The notes under the pieces were generated by a model. It was given only the letters and a program-made list of their open reading frames with translations, was not told the DNA's origin and did not search any database. From Puniceicoccaceae bacterium (lineage in GTDB: Bacteria > Verrucomicrobiota > Verrucomicrobiia > Opitutales > Oceanipulchritudinaceae): a stretch of DNA of 64,000 bases. Position 1 is the stretch's first letter, and every line of letters begins with the position of its first letter. Both the position numbers and the translations under genes were made by a program. Positions 9,343 through 20,700 of this stretch are shown here, one piece after another. The stretch is from the NCBI GenBank assembly GCA_040830765.1, contig JBFOMH010000003.1:114434-178433 (forward strand), in the 5' to 3' direction.

Positions 9343-10896
9343 TCATCTGGCTGTATCCATCCGATCCAACTCCGGATGTCCGTGGTTCCTGACAAGCTCT
9401 AAGGCTTTTTTAAGCTCGACTACTTTTTCTGGATATTCTTTGGCTAGATTGAAGCGTTGCCCTATATCTTCTCTGAGATTGTAGAGTTCGACCGGTTGAT
9501 CGTCGTCCGCTAGGAAGCCGTAGCGCTCCTCCCACCCATGAGTCGGCTTACGAGCATATCCGGTAGCGGCGTCGATGAGCACCCAGTCACCCTCTCGGTA
9601 ACCAAAGCCCATTCGCTCCCACGTGCTGTGAACAACTGCCCGACGGGGGGAATCTCCAAGCTCCTTCAAAAGAGGTGTCAAATCGTGAGAATCCTCTGCT
9701 TGACCTTTGGGCAAACCATAATCGAGGTATGAAGCCAAGGTGGCTATTAAGTCGATTTGCGAAACGATTCCACGACCGACGGCTCCCTCACGGACCATCC
9801 CTGGCCAACGTATGATGAAGGGTACACGGTGCCCTCCCTCGTAAAGATCTTGCTTGAGCCCTCTCAAAGGTTGTGAAGACCAATGGTCGAAATTCTTGTC
9901 GCGGGCGTAAGCGTAAGCCTCCGCACCATTATCTGCTGAAAAGAAAATGATCGTATTCTCGTATTGCCCAGATTCTTTGAGCGCTTTGATCAATTGACCG
10001 CACGAGTCATCGGTCTCCACAACAAAGTCACCATAAGGCCCCGCATCACTACTACCGTCGAAGCGATCATTTGGGATGATCGGGGCGTGAGGTGAAGGGA
10101 AAGCGAAATAGAGAAAGAATGGTTTATCGTGTTTGGCCTGCTGATGAATGTATTCAACCCCCCTTCGCGTCGTCTCCGGGATGTTTTCGTAAGGATCCCA
10201 TCCTTCAACCATGGGACCCTGGCGGCACTCCCAGCGACCTTCTTTGATAGGCTTAAAAGCGCTCGTATCAAGCATGCGATCCGGGATCTGCAAAACCCGG
10301 TCGTTTTGGATCCATGCGTAGGGAGGAAAATTGATCACGGTGTCGCCAAAATAGGTATCGAACCCATGAGCTAGGGGACCGTCGGGTATGGGCTTAGACC
10401 AGTCGAAAGCATCTGGAGCGTACGTCTTCCTCCCTCGCCCATCAGCACTTATTATCAGTTCCGCGCCCGGTTTGAGGTACTCCTTCCATCCCCAACCCAA
10501 ATGCCATTTACCAATCGCAGCCGTCGAATAACCCGACTCTTGGAGCATCTCGGGTAAGGTCAGGCGTTCGGCATCAAACACCGATTCCTCAAACGTTTTT
10601 ACTATCCCATAAAACTTTCTCCAATGATACCGACCAGTAAGGAGAGCGTAGCGGCTTGGCGTGCAAACACCCGAAGAGGAATGCCCGTCCGTAAATCGCA
10701 TACCCTCAGCAGCCAGGCGATCGAGGTTTGGTGTCGGAATTTTGGATTCCGGATTATAGCACCTCAAGTCTCCATATCCAAGATCGTCCGCGTAGAGAAA
10801 AAGTATATTCAACTTTTCTTGATCGGGTCTCTCGGCATTGATCGACGCGATCGGAAGAAGGGCAAAAAACATTAAATAAAGAGATCGTAGTTTCAT
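9343..10896 (-). CDS. Exported Cys-type sulfatase (S1_15-like), paralogue of 2135-3679
   Basis: [38 protein letters not shown]; signal peptide from ATG 10896. Confidence 0.92.
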   Translation of the reverse strand: MKLRSLYLMFFALLPIASINAERPDQEKLNILFLYADDLGYGDLRCYNPESKIPTPNLDRLAAEGMRFTDGHSSSGVCTPSRYALLTGRYHWRKFYGIVKTFEESVFDAERLTLPEMLQESGYSTAAIGKWHLGWGWKEYLKPGAELIISADGRGRKTYAPDAFDWSKPIPDGPLAHGFDTYFGDTVINFPPYAWIQNDRVLQIPDRMLDTSAFKPIKEGRWECRQGPMVEGWDPYENIPETTRRGVEYIHQQAKHDKPFFLYFAFPSPHAPIIPNDRFDGSSDAGPYGDFVVETDDSCGQLIKALKESGQYENTIIFFSADNGAEAYAYARDKNFDHWSSQPLRGLKQDLYEGGHRVPFIIRWPGMVREGAVGRGIVSQIDLIATLASYLDYGLPKGQAEDSHDLTPLLKELGDSPRRAVVHSTWERMGFGYREGDWVLIDAATGYARKPTHGWEERYGFLADDDQPVELYNLREDIGQRFNLAKEYPEKVVELKKALELVRNHGHPELDRMDTAR

Positions 10897-10958
10897 AGTG
10901 CGGTTAATGGTTATTGTAGGGCCTAGCAGTATACGACGGACATAAAAACGGGAGAGCA

Positions 10959-12497
10959 TTATTCAAAACTAAGTATTAGAGAGTCCAATACAGGTCTAAC
11001 TTGTTCACCAACCGTTCCACTCACGCGAACCTCGGAACAAAATCCGTAGCCGGGTGAAATCCCAGTCGTATCCATATTTGCCGGAAACCGCTCCACCTGC
11101 TTGGCATAGCCTTCGATCGCTACATACCGCTCCTCCACTTCCTGCCAATCACTCCAGCTATCTAGCTGACCATCGCCATCCGTATCCACTCCGACCCGTA
11201 CCTCCACCCCAGGAACCCAAGGGCCTGGGCTTACATAGTCAGTATCCATCTGGGTAATCAGATAAAACTGTCCCTCTGCAAAAATAACATCCGGGTCCGG
11301 ATGCCCCTCGCCAATGTGATCGCAGAACTCAAAGGGTTGATAAAGACTCGACGATGTGAACCAGGCTACACTCATTTCATGTCCGCTCTTTCCAGCCGGA
11401 TGAAAGTCGCCAAAAAGATAATACTGACCACCGATACCGATCGCAGCCCAGTCGCCGTAGGCATTCTGCTCGGGCTCATGCATCTCGTAACGGGCCGCTG
11501 CAAATTTTCGATCAGCCGGCGCCCACTTCCAACCCGGGTTGATCATTTTCGCTGGATATTTTTCCGGCAATGTCTGATGCCAATGTGGATGAGGATACTC
11601 GGCGAACGTCCCAGTTGGCGTAGTTCGCTCATCCACGGCGGGAGGAAGAATTTCGAATTCACCATAACCCTGCGGACTCACGGCATGACCTGCCAGCGGA
11701 GAATCCCATGAGTGCTTGCCCGCATTGATTGGAATCCAGTCCTCATAGATCAGATGGAATCTTCCATCCAATCCCCGGATAATGGCACAGTCAGATCCAT
11801 CCGATGGATCCTTGAAAGCGAGTCCCATGTCCTTTCCCGGAACTCCGTCTGTTAAGTCATCGTCAATATACAGGTGTGGGTCCTGATCGTTTGGAAAATC
11901 GTAATAAATATATGCTTTACCATCGAAATACTCAGCCGTCGTGACCCAGCGCGAGAAGTTCTCTGTAACGGGTCCGTAGTGAACCCAGCGAACCATATCA
12001 ACACTCTTCCATGCATGATAGCCCCCAAGACTTTTCTCTAATCCTCCGGGCGCATCATACTGATTCTCAAATGGTGTTGTCTTCAGGGGAGTATCAAATC
12101 CATCAAGCTCGACCTCCGCTGAAGCGAATTCATTCCTTGCTTTCTCGTTACCATATCGACCGAAGATCCAGTAATTACCTTCCCCTAAATTAAGAAATAC
12201 TGGAGCATCTTCCAGATTGGAGGGGCCTATATTTGATATCGGATTCCAATCGAGCCAATCCGGTTTCTGCTTCAGCACAAAACTCTCAAGGGATACTTTA
12301 CGATCAAATCGACGAACAACACTGGTGTATGACGCCCTGTCTGCATCAGGGGTAGCATATCCTTCACCAAAATGAAGTCCTTCACTTTGTTCCATGGCCG
12401 ACTTCCACTGTTCTTCAGAATCTATTTTCCAAACGATATCGGCGTTCACCGTAGCAGTGGATAGAAATAACAATAGTATTTTCCCGTTCATTTTCAT
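10959..12497 (-). CDS. Exported hypothetical protein, probable five-bladed beta-propeller glycoside hydrolase (GH43/GH32/GH117 superfamily-like)
   Basis: Signal peptide; EDAPVF, W.S.DM..W, DGSDCA, GHPDPDV acidic propeller-type motifs. Confidence 0.5.
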   Translation of the reverse strand: MKMNGKILLLFLSTATVNADIVWKIDSEEQWKSAMEQSEGLHFGEGYATPDADRASYTSVVRRFDRKVSLESFVLKQKPDWLDWNPISNIGPSNLEDAPVFLNLGEGNYWIFGRYGNEKARNEFASAEVELDGFDTPLKTTPFENQYDAPGGLEKSLGGYHAWKSVDMVRWVHYGPVTENFSRWVTTAEYFDGKAYIYYDFPNDQDPHLYIDDDLTDGVPGKDMGLAFKDPSDGSDCAIIRGLDGRFHLIYEDWIPINAGKHSWDSPLAGHAVSPQGYGEFEILPPAVDERTTPTGTFAEYPHPHWHQTLPEKYPAKMINPGWKWAPADRKFAAARYEMHEPEQNAYGDWAAIGIGGQYYLFGDFHPAGKSGHEMSVAWFTSSSLYQPFEFCDHIGEGHPDPDVIFAEGQFYLITQMDTDYVSPGPWVPGVEVRVGVDTDGDGQLDSWSDWQEVEERYVAIEGYAKQVERFPANMDTTGISPGYGFCSEVRVSGTVGEQVRPVLDSLILSFE

Positions 12498-12580
12498 CTT
12501 TAAATCGCAATTTCATACCAAATTAGGCCGCGCAGACTAAGGGCACTCGGTTTGGACTATTCACATCTTATCATTCTGAT

Positions 12581-14353
12581 TTATTCCGGACGGTATAGAT
12601 AAAGGTCGGCGATGACGGGCCTTCGGTTCTCACAGGAAACATGCAGCCTAACGTGATCCGTTTTAACCGGCTCGACAACGGCTTCGTAGCCGTGTCCATG
12701 CGTTGATTTCTCCATAATGGTTTTCCAGCCGTTAGTCGTTTTCACTTCCATACGGATATCCTGGTGGTATCGCGGCCAGAGGTCCGGCTCATCCAGTGAA
12801 TAGGCGTGGATCACAGTGGATTCTTCCAAATGATAGTCTAATTTGATTGGGCCATTCACTACTCCCGCTTCCCAGTGAGTTTTACTATTCCGATCCGCGG
12901 CCAGCACCGCCGGCTGTTTTTCCAGAGAGCTGTTTGCTTCCACAGATGCAACCGGCACCAGAATCGGCGCCGTAACTGGCTCGCCGACCAGCTGGAGTTC
13001 AATAACAGAGGAATGCTGGTTCGGGGCTGTTTTGGGGACTTCGATAATCAGGCGATCTACCGTAGAGCGGGTTTTGAGCGGATGAGCGGAATTGCCGAGC
13101 AGCGAAGCCTGCCGAATCGGACTGGTGAGCGGTACACGCAGCTCGCCGTTTTGCGGCCAGTCATTAACAAAGAGGTAAATGCGATCGTTTTTGCGAGTGG
13201 CAGCACCCCATGAAAGATAATCGAACGGGCTTTTGGTCGTGGCATATACAGCATCACCGTAAAGATCAAGCCAGGCACCGACCGCTTTCAGTCGATCGAC
13301 ACTGGGAGCTGGAATAATGCCGTCGGCCGTCGGGCCGACGTTAAGCAAGAGGTTGCCGCCTTTGGAGGTGATTTCAATCAGCTTATGAATGAGCGTCGTT
13401 GTGGATTTCCATTGGTCATCTGCTGCGCAGTATCCCCAGTGGTTGTTCATGGTCATGCAGGTTTCCCAATCGCCGGGGAATCCCGATGCAGGCACAAACT
13501 GTTCGGCTGTATAGATATCCCCGCCCAATTTCACGCCGCCGATTCGATTATTTGTAATTATGTCAGGACGCACCTCTAGCACAGCGGCGCCCAGTTTAAG
13601 TCCCCGCTTCTGGTTCATCAAAACCGGACTATCCCACCACATAATATCGATAGGATAGTTCTCCAAAATCTCGCGAATTTGGGGCTCAGCAACTTCCTCC
13701 AGATAGGAATCGAAGCTACCGATATGAGCAGGATCCCAGCCCTCACTCTCTTTGAGCCGGCTTTTGCCCCCTCCCACGTGATACCAGTCCTGAGCTTGCG
13801 AGTAGTAGAAACCTATCTTAAGCCCGGCTCCATGCGCTGCTTTGACCAAAGGTTCCAATAAGTCCTTCCCGTACGGTGTGGAATCCACAACATTCCAATC
13901 GCTCGCTCCGGAAGGGAAAAGCGCAAAGCCATCGTGATGCTTAGCGGTAATCACGATGTATTTCATTCCTGCATTCTTCGCATAGCGAACCCATGCTTCC
14001 GGATCATAGCTCTTGGGATTAAATTGCGTGGCGTAACCCTCATACTCATTCAGGGATATCTTTTCTCGATACATGATCCATGCACCGTGGTCATTACGAT
14101 TCCCATACACGCCTGCAGGAACTGCATAGATTCCCCAATGAATAAACATCCCGAACTTGGCTTCGCGCCACCACCGCATGCGATCATCCAACTGCTCTTT
14201 CGTTTCCTGCCTTAGAGAGCTTTTGCCATCCACATCGAGAACGGTGACACCGTCGATAGCTAGATTGGCGGCCTTTTCCGCTTTGGCTGCTAAGTAGCCG
14301 CAGGCAAGAATTGAAGAGAGGATTAAACAGACATTTTTTCTAAGAACTTTCAT
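12581..14353 (-). CDS. Alpha-L-fucosidase GH29 with C-terminal discoidin/CBM32-like domain
   Basis: KFGMFIHWG, TAKHHDGF, WWDSP, WETCMTMN, GGNLLLNVGP; C-terminal A.D.N.KTHW motif. Confidence 0.92.
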   Translation of the reverse strand: MKVLRKNVCLILSSILACGYLAAKAEKAANLAIDGVTVLDVDGKSSLRQETKEQLDDRMRWWREAKFGMFIHWGIYAVPAGVYGNRNDHGAWIMYREKISLNEYEGYATQFNPKSYDPEAWVRYAKNAGMKYIVITAKHHDGFALFPSGASDWNVVDSTPYGKDLLEPLVKAAHGAGLKIGFYYSQAQDWYHVGGGKSRLKESEGWDPAHIGSFDSYLEEVAEPQIREILENYPIDIMWWDSPVLMNQKRGLKLGAAVLEVRPDIITNNRIGGVKLGGDIYTAEQFVPASGFPGDWETCMTMNNHWGYCAADDQWKSTTTLIHKLIEITSKGGNLLLNVGPTADGIIPAPSVDRLKAVGAWLDLYGDAVYATTKSPFDYLSWGAATRKNDRIYLFVNDWPQNGELRVPLTSPIRQASLLGNSAHPLKTRSTVDRLIIEVPKTAPNQHSSVIELQLVGEPVTAPILVPVASVEANSSLEKQPAVLAADRNSKTHWEAGVVNGPIKLDYHLEESTVIHAYSLDEPDLWPRYHQDIRMEVKTTNGWKTIMEKSTHGHGYEAVVEPVKTDHVRLHVSCENRRPVIADLYLYRPE

Positions 14354-14527
14354 TAGGTCGCATGGACAAAATGCTTATCATTGTTAATGATATTGGGTTA
14401 CAACGCCATACAGGTTTTTTTGACAGTATTCGATGTCAGAATACAAAGTCGACGAGATACCCTCGGATATCCGCGAGGAGCTAAATAATTAAACTGTATC
14501 ATCCGTTTTTTGAATACATTTTACGGT

Positions 14528-15901
14528 TTATGACTCCGCTTCCAATTTAATTACCGCTGCAATTTCGCCGGGAATCTCTCCGCTCAACAGGACCTCAGTA
14601 ACTCCATTTTTTTGCCGAACTTCCAACGCCTGCTCGCCTCCGGTTCTGAGAAGACTGGCCTTTTCGACCTGGCCGATTCCGTCAATTTCTAGAATACCGT
14701 CTTCCGGCCATTCGAAGACGTGAGCGTAAACAACCTTGCCCTTTGTGGTGTAGCGGCCCCAATCCGGTTTCTCAACAGGACTGGCTCCGGCGCCGTAAAT
14801 GGCCTCACCGTTGACATCCAGCCAATCCCCCATGGCACAAAGCCGGTCGACGCTCTCACCCGGGATGAGACCGGATGCCGTGGGACCCACATTGAGGAGG
14901 AAATTGCCGCCCTTGGATACAATATCAATCAGGTTGTGGATTAGGACTGTTTCTGACTTCCAGTTCTTGTCGTCTGAACGGAATCCCCAGGTGTTGTTCA
15001 TGGTCATACAAGACTCCCAATCCTCCCCCGGGATACCGGTATCGGGGATTTCCTGCTCTGGCGTTCCAAAATCCCCGGCAAAATTGCCCTCTGCATTCAT
15101 ACCAGCCATTCCCTGGCGGCCTTTGTCGACACGATTGTTGATGATGATATCCGGCTGGAGTGAGCGGACAAAATCGTAAACATCCTTACCCATTTCGGTC
15201 GTGTAATCCGGTATCCATTCGCCATCAAACCAGAGGACCCCGATATCGCCGTAATTGGTTAGCAGTTCCCTAAGCTGAGGCTTCATGTATTCCTCAACAT
15301 ATCTTCGAAAGTTGGGATTGGTAGCGGTGTCATTCCTTCCCCGGTTGTAATAGGGCTCCCAGATCGCCTGTGCATCGGGATGGTGCCAGTCCATGATGGA
15401 ATGATAGAAGCAGAGCTTAATCCCCTCTTCTCGGCAGGCATCTGCCAGTTCCTTTAGCAGGTCCTTTTCGTAGGGGGTTGCATCAACAATATCCCAATCC
15501 GTCAGCTTTGAATCCCAGAGGCAGAATCCATCATGGTGCTTGCTGGTGATGACGATGTATTTCATTCCGGCATCCTTGGCAATTTTCACCCACTGGCGGG
15601 CATTATATTGGACCGGGTTGAAGTGATTCGCAAATTTCTCGTACTCAGCAATGGGAATGTTTAAAGTATCCATGATCCATTCGCCAATGTGCCGCTCTTG
15701 TTGGACCCCCCGGTATTGGCCAGCAGGAACGGCATACAGGCCCCAATGGATGAACATGCCAAAGCGAGCTTCCTTCCACCACTGCATGCGGGCAGCGCGT
15801 TCATCAGTTGATTCCGCCGAAGCCTCTGGTCCCAAACTAAATTGACCGCCTAAAAGCATAGCACACACTATAATTCGAATAATATTTTTGCAGTGTTTCA
15901 T
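14528..15901 (-). CDS. Alpha-L-fucosidase GH29
   Basis: RFGMFIHWG, TSKHHDGF, LWFDGEW, WESCMTMN, GGNFLLNVGP; signal peptide. Confidence 0.93.
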   Translation of the reverse strand: MKHCKNIIRIIVCAMLLGGQFSLGPEASAESTDERAARMQWWKEARFGMFIHWGLYAVPAGQYRGVQQERHIGEWIMDTLNIPIAEYEKFANHFNPVQYNARQWVKIAKDAGMKYIVITSKHHDGFCLWDSKLTDWDIVDATPYEKDLLKELADACREEGIKLCFYHSIMDWHHPDAQAIWEPYYNRGRNDTATNPNFRRYVEEYMKPQLRELLTNYGDIGVLWFDGEWIPDYTTEMGKDVYDFVRSLQPDIIINNRVDKGRQGMAGMNAEGNFAGDFGTPEQEIPDTGIPGEDWESCMTMNNTWGFRSDDKNWKSETVLIHNLIDIVSKGGNFLLNVGPTASGLIPGESVDRLCAMGDWLDVNGEAIYGAGASPVEKPDWGRYTTKGKVVYAHVFEWPEDGILEIDGIGQVEKASLLRTGGEQALEVRQKNGVTEVLLSGEIPGEIAAVIKLEAES

Positions 15902-15917
15902 TTTAGATATTAATTAT

Positions 15918-17675
15918 TTATTGTAGTCGTTTTAAAGATACAGCTCTCAGTTCCATGACCTGATTCCCAGGCATTTCGAGGGCTTTCACCGTTAAATTCG
16001 TTTTTCCTGAATTCAGTTTTAACAATCCGGCGGACAAGCTTGCCCAGTCCTTCTCGTGAACTTCCGATTCACGGGGAAAGCGGTCCCGGTCCGGGTAGAG
16101 CGGTGGATCAAATGCCTCCGCTATGGCTACTTCGAGGGAATCGTCCCCCGCTCTTATTTCAATCCGGCTGCCGACATCTTTTTCGGGACAGGTATAGTTA
16201 AGGGTCACCGCGTATCGGCCCGCCGTTTCCACCTCAATATCCCATCTGACATAGGCCTGCGTGGAGGTCCAGTTGGTGATCCAGTCATTGGCCCATCCCC
16301 AGCGGGTCACGTAGCTGATCCCGGAATCGAAACGCTCCGCGCCAAAGGGGAATTCCGGATAGAGATGCGATTCATGGGCAGGCAGTTCAGTGACGGGACG
16401 CCCGGGATAGCCCACCGGGATGGCGAATGCCGTCTCATTCGCCGGCACATGTTTCTGGAGCCATTGCTGCAATTCCCTTTCCATTGACGCTTTCACATCC
16501 GGCAACGCCTGCCCAAGCGGCTGGGTTTGATTGGGATCTTCGAGCAAATCATAAAGTTCTCCCTCGGCCAACGCATAGCGTTCATTCCAGATACGGGTCC
16601 GATAGCCCCAATTCATGTAAAGGGTGCGGTCGGGCCAGCCAGCAGCGGGATTTTCCAAAAGCGGTCTCAAGCTCTTGCCATCGATATCACAGGGAATCAA
16701 ATCGGGACGTCCGATCATATCCATAAGGCTCGGCAACAGGTCGACATGCGCAGTCACCTTTGGTATTCCTGTCCGTGGAGCGATTGCTTTTGGCCAGGAA
16801 ACGAAGCAGGGCACTTTCATACCACCTTCATGGACGTCGCCCTTTTTACCTTTCAGACCACCATTGAAGCGATAAGTGTCGGGCCCGTTGTCAGAAAAGA
16901 ATATAACGATGGTGTTCTCGCGCAGACCGGATTCCTCCAGCTTCTGCATCACCCGGCCCACATTATCGTCGATGTTCTCACACATCCCGTACACGCAGGC
17001 CGTGCGATCATCCAGGCCCATCTGTTTGTACTTATCAAAGTACTTATCCGGAACCTGGAGTGGACTATGGGGTGTGTTGTAAGGGATGTAACAGAAAAAG
17101 GGTTGGTTCTTTGAGGCATCAATAAACTCGATCGCCCGGTCCGTCAGGTAATCGACGATAAAGCCTGAGGATTTGATTGAGCGTCCGTTTTCCTCCAATT
17201 TGGCGTCAAAGTAATCGCTCAAGTGGCCCGCGGAGAAACCGACAAACTGATCGAATCCACGTCCGTTGGGATGGTAGGGATAGTGTGCCCCGTTATGCCA
17301 CTTGCCGAAGATACCGGTCCGGTAGCCTGCCTCTTTGAACAAGTCCGCCAGCGTGACCTCTTTCAAATCCATGTTTTCCTGACCCCTTGTTACTCCATGC
17401 ACGCCCGTGCGCGAGTGGAACTTTCCCGTCAGCAGACTGGCCCGGGTCGGTGCGCACACGGGACTGACATAGAAGCGCTCTAATTGGGCTCCGCTTTCTG
17501 CAAGCCGATCGAGATACGGTGTTTGCAAATGGGGATTGTTATGCAGGCTCAAATCCCCCCACCCCTGGTCGTCCGTGAGAAAAACAACGACATTCGGAGG
17601 CTTGGCCCAGCAAAGCAGGGCCAGGTTCACTAACACTAAGTAGAGTATCGTCAGTTTATAGTTCAACTTCCTCAT
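15918..17675 (-). CDS. Exported sulfatase (S1_17-like) with C-terminal beta-sandwich domain
   Basis: PNVVVFLTDDQG, CAPTR, GKWHNG, HEGGMKVP; about 170 aa C-terminal extension. Confidence 0.9.
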   Translation of the reverse strand: MRKLNYKLTILYLVLVNLALLCWAKPPNVVVFLTDDQGWGDLSLHNNPHLQTPYLDRLAESGAQLERFYVSPVCAPTRASLLTGKFHSRTGVHGVTRGQENMDLKEVTLADLFKEAGYRTGIFGKWHNGAHYPYHPNGRGFDQFVGFSAGHLSDYFDAKLEENGRSIKSSGFIVDYLTDRAIEFIDASKNQPFFCYIPYNTPHSPLQVPDKYFDKYKQMGLDDRTACVYGMCENIDDNVGRVMQKLEESGLRENTIVIFFSDNGPDTYRFNGGLKGKKGDVHEGGMKVPCFVSWPKAIAPRTGIPKVTAHVDLLPSLMDMIGRPDLIPCDIDGKSLRPLLENPAAGWPDRTLYMNWGYRTRIWNERYALAEGELYDLLEDPNQTQPLGQALPDVKASMERELQQWLQKHVPANETAFAIPVGYPGRPVTELPAHESHLYPEFPFGAERFDSGISYVTRWGWANDWITNWTSTQAYVRWDIEVETAGRYAVTLNYTCPEKDVGSRIEIRAGDDSLEVAIAEAFDPPLYPDRDRFPRESEVHEKDWASLSAGLLKLNSGKTNLTVKALEMPGNQVMELRAVSLKRLQ

Positions 17676-17701
17676 CTATCAGGAACTCATGCCTTATTAA
17701 A

Positions 17702-17736
17702 AATGGCTCCCAGGGATAATCACCCCGGGAGCCATT
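17702..17736 (-). terminator. Intrinsic terminator/attenuator after the TBDR gene
   Basis: aatggctccc...gggagccatt stem followed by a T-run on the minus strand. Confidence 0.7.
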
Positions 17737-17775
17737 CATACTAATACCCTACCCTACTAATACAAATCCAAAACC

Positions 17776-20700
17776 CTAAAAGCTGAAGGTGTTTACAATT
17801 TCGAATACCCTTGGCTCACCGATGCGCACGCCTGTGACCTGCCCATCCGGATTGGCCTGGATCGGAATTAAATCCCTGTCATTAAGCAAGTTGCGGATAT
17901 TCAGACGGATTGACCAGTCAACGGTAGTGTCAAAGAGCCTCAGGTTCTTTTTCCTGTAGCCAAGCCACAATTGCACACGCGTGTAGTCCTCTCCGTAAAT
18001 GACCTTGTTGAAATCCGATTCCGTTTCACTTCCATCTTTTAGGCCGTATCCAATAGCTGCCGCATCACGGTATTGAATGCTGCCCCCAATGTTGAAGCCC
18101 TTCAGCCTGCCCTCGGTGAAATTGTAATTCGTAATCAGATTCCAAGTCCACTCGGCTACTTCCGGGGAAGGCTGTCCGTTGGTGACCACCACCCTGGAAT
18201 TCCACGGGTCGATCCAGTTATTGAAAATGAATGGTAAGAATGATGTTCCGGCAGCATTCCGCGGAACTTGAGCGTAAGGTCCGAAAATTCCATCTCTGAG
18301 GGACAGATCCGGAGTGCCGTCCAGGTCCGAATCAAAGAATGGTGCATTATCCAACCAATCAATGAATGCTTCGCCCGCTCCGGTCTGCACAGCCTCCTGC
18401 TTGGTGGCATTGAAGGCAATACGCCAGTTGGGCGTGGGATTGTAGACCATTTCCAGTTCCAATCCCTTGGCCTCCACATCCTGGGTATGAGTGGATCCTC
18501 CGGGATTCGTGAAGGTGTATCCATTGTTGCGGCTGGGATCGTATTGAATGTTGTACCAGTCCATCCAGTATTGAGGGGGCTGGGGAAGAACCAAGTCTTC
18601 AACACCGTCAAAATCGATATCCTTCCGAATATGCTGGGTTCCTTCCACATAACCCAAATTACCCTTGTAGCCCTTTTTGCTGGGATCGGTGCGCCCGTTT
18701 TTGATATCGGCAGCAGCTGACCGGTAGATGTTGCCAAGCAAAGTCTGGGATGCAAACCAGATAGTCCAGTTATTCACCGTTCCACTGACGTTGAGCTGAG
18801 TGGTTTCATACCGGGTCGCCTTGAGGGTCAGTTTGTCATTAAACATGCGAACGCGTACCCCATAGTCCTTGGTCTCACCGCTTGGCGGGTCAAGGGGTTC
18901 CCAGACCGCGTTAAAGCGCTGGGCACTTGGCTGGAAGTTCTCGGACTCGTTATAGAATCCGTGAACCGCCGTGATGAAACCGCCCGTCCAGTCCAGGAGA
19001 AAGTCAGGTAACTTGCCAACCACGCCATAAGTCGTCGTTTCTTTCTCGGAAATCAGGGCATCATCATCCGTAATCCCGTCCACATTGAAAGTCTCGCGGT
19101 CGACGATGGCAGCGGAATCATCCGGTAACTGAGGTGCAGAACCCAATTGCCTGACATCGACCTGATCCTTCCGCCACGAGAACGTGCCCACGATATGATC
19201 CTTCAGCAGATAACTCTGCAAAACGACCGCTTGGGCGTCATATATGCTCCGCGAAACAGCACCATCGAATGGCACATTGAGGATAGCTGGTGCCGCCAGA
19301 TCACGCCACCCGTCCGGAATCGGATTATCATCACCGCCATAGATTCGATGCACCCGGGCCAAGCTGCTGCCCTCCAGTAGATGGTTGGCGGGGACTTGAT
19401 TTGCCTGGATACCTTGTATATTAGCACCCGCAGGAGAACTCAGGTCGGCGAGGGAATCCCCCAAATAGTGGACGCCGACCACGGTTGCTTGACCCCAGCG
19501 ATCCGGTTCCAATCCAATCCCGAGGTTGTCATTAATGAAATCGGGTGACCATCCATTCGCATAATTCGCCCTGTAGGCATTTTCTTCAAACTTGGACGTC
19601 AGTCCGGTGACGACATGGCGGCCAAGCCACTTGAATAAATCATCGCGATCCCTCAAATCAATGTCGATGAAGCCGGTCAACTGCTCAGTCTCGCGCTCTA
19701 CATGGTTATAGACATCGCTGACGGCGCCACTGAAAACCATCGGCCTGCCGAAATTCGGGTTCGGGGTACCGTCAACCAGGATCTTGTTGATGTCGATGGT
19801 CAGGCTGGACCGCGTGCCAATGGGCCCGCTCCACCAGTTTTCCCAGTTCTCATCAGCATAGGCGAATTCAACACCGGCCTTGCCGTTGAAGAAGAGCTGC
19901 TGCAGGGAAAGGTTTTTAACATCGAAGTCATACCCTTCACGCTTCATGAACGGCCCCTCGATCATCTCCTTGCGATAGTCGAAGATCGAACGGTCCGTGA
20001 CAACGGGGCTTCGCCAGAGGACGGTACCCCCGACACTGTCGGCAACACCGTCAACGCCCGTCCATTCATCCAGTGCGTCCCCCAGGGTAGGGACAACCCC
20101 GTTGAACGGGTATTCAGCTGTTCCCGTTTGAGTCTGGTTATCCCAGGTACCGGTGGGCCAGACACCCAGCCGACCGGGTGCTGCGACAATGCCTCCTCCT
20201 GCCGGATGCCCCGGAGTGGAGGAAGTCGGGTCGGGAAACATGAGCGCCAGTGCGTTGTGCCAGTTGTTACTTACGCCAATTTGCAGGGCGGGGTTTTCTG
20301 CCGTCACATTACCCGAGTTTACCGGACCGGATGGCTGATGGTATCCAAGGTCACTTGATCCATACAGCCGCGCCAGCTGGGCATCCCAGGCGGGCTTCGG
20401 CGTCATGTTGACGGATCCCAGCACGTTCTGGGTATAAGGGTGGAACCACGGGGTAATCAGATCCTGTGGAGGCGTTGTCCGGGGATTGTTGGAACGTTGT
20501 TTACCATCTTCATAGCTGGCATCGATAATCGTCCTTCCCCAGAAGCCGTCGTTTTTGCCAATCAAGTCTTTCTGGAACGTTCCCGCCAGATAAATTCTGT
20601 CCATATCGCGGAAGGCATCATCCTGCTCGAATTTCCGGTTATCTTTAACTGCAGCAAGACGGACCGCCAGGACATCCTCGACGACTTCACGGTTAAAGTT

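Noticed and set aside
1775..9610. Diversity-generating retroelement or phase-variable cassette explanation for the repeats
   Set aside because: Mismatches are not adenine-specific, repeats are direct, and no reverse transcriptase or recombinase is in the window
14421..14438. TGACA-N8-TGTCA palindrome upstream of a GH29 gene
   Set aside because: Short, single occurrence; cannot be told from chance
17740..17765. tactaatac repeated twice after the TBDR stop
   Set aside because: Low-complexity 3' UTR; not an array
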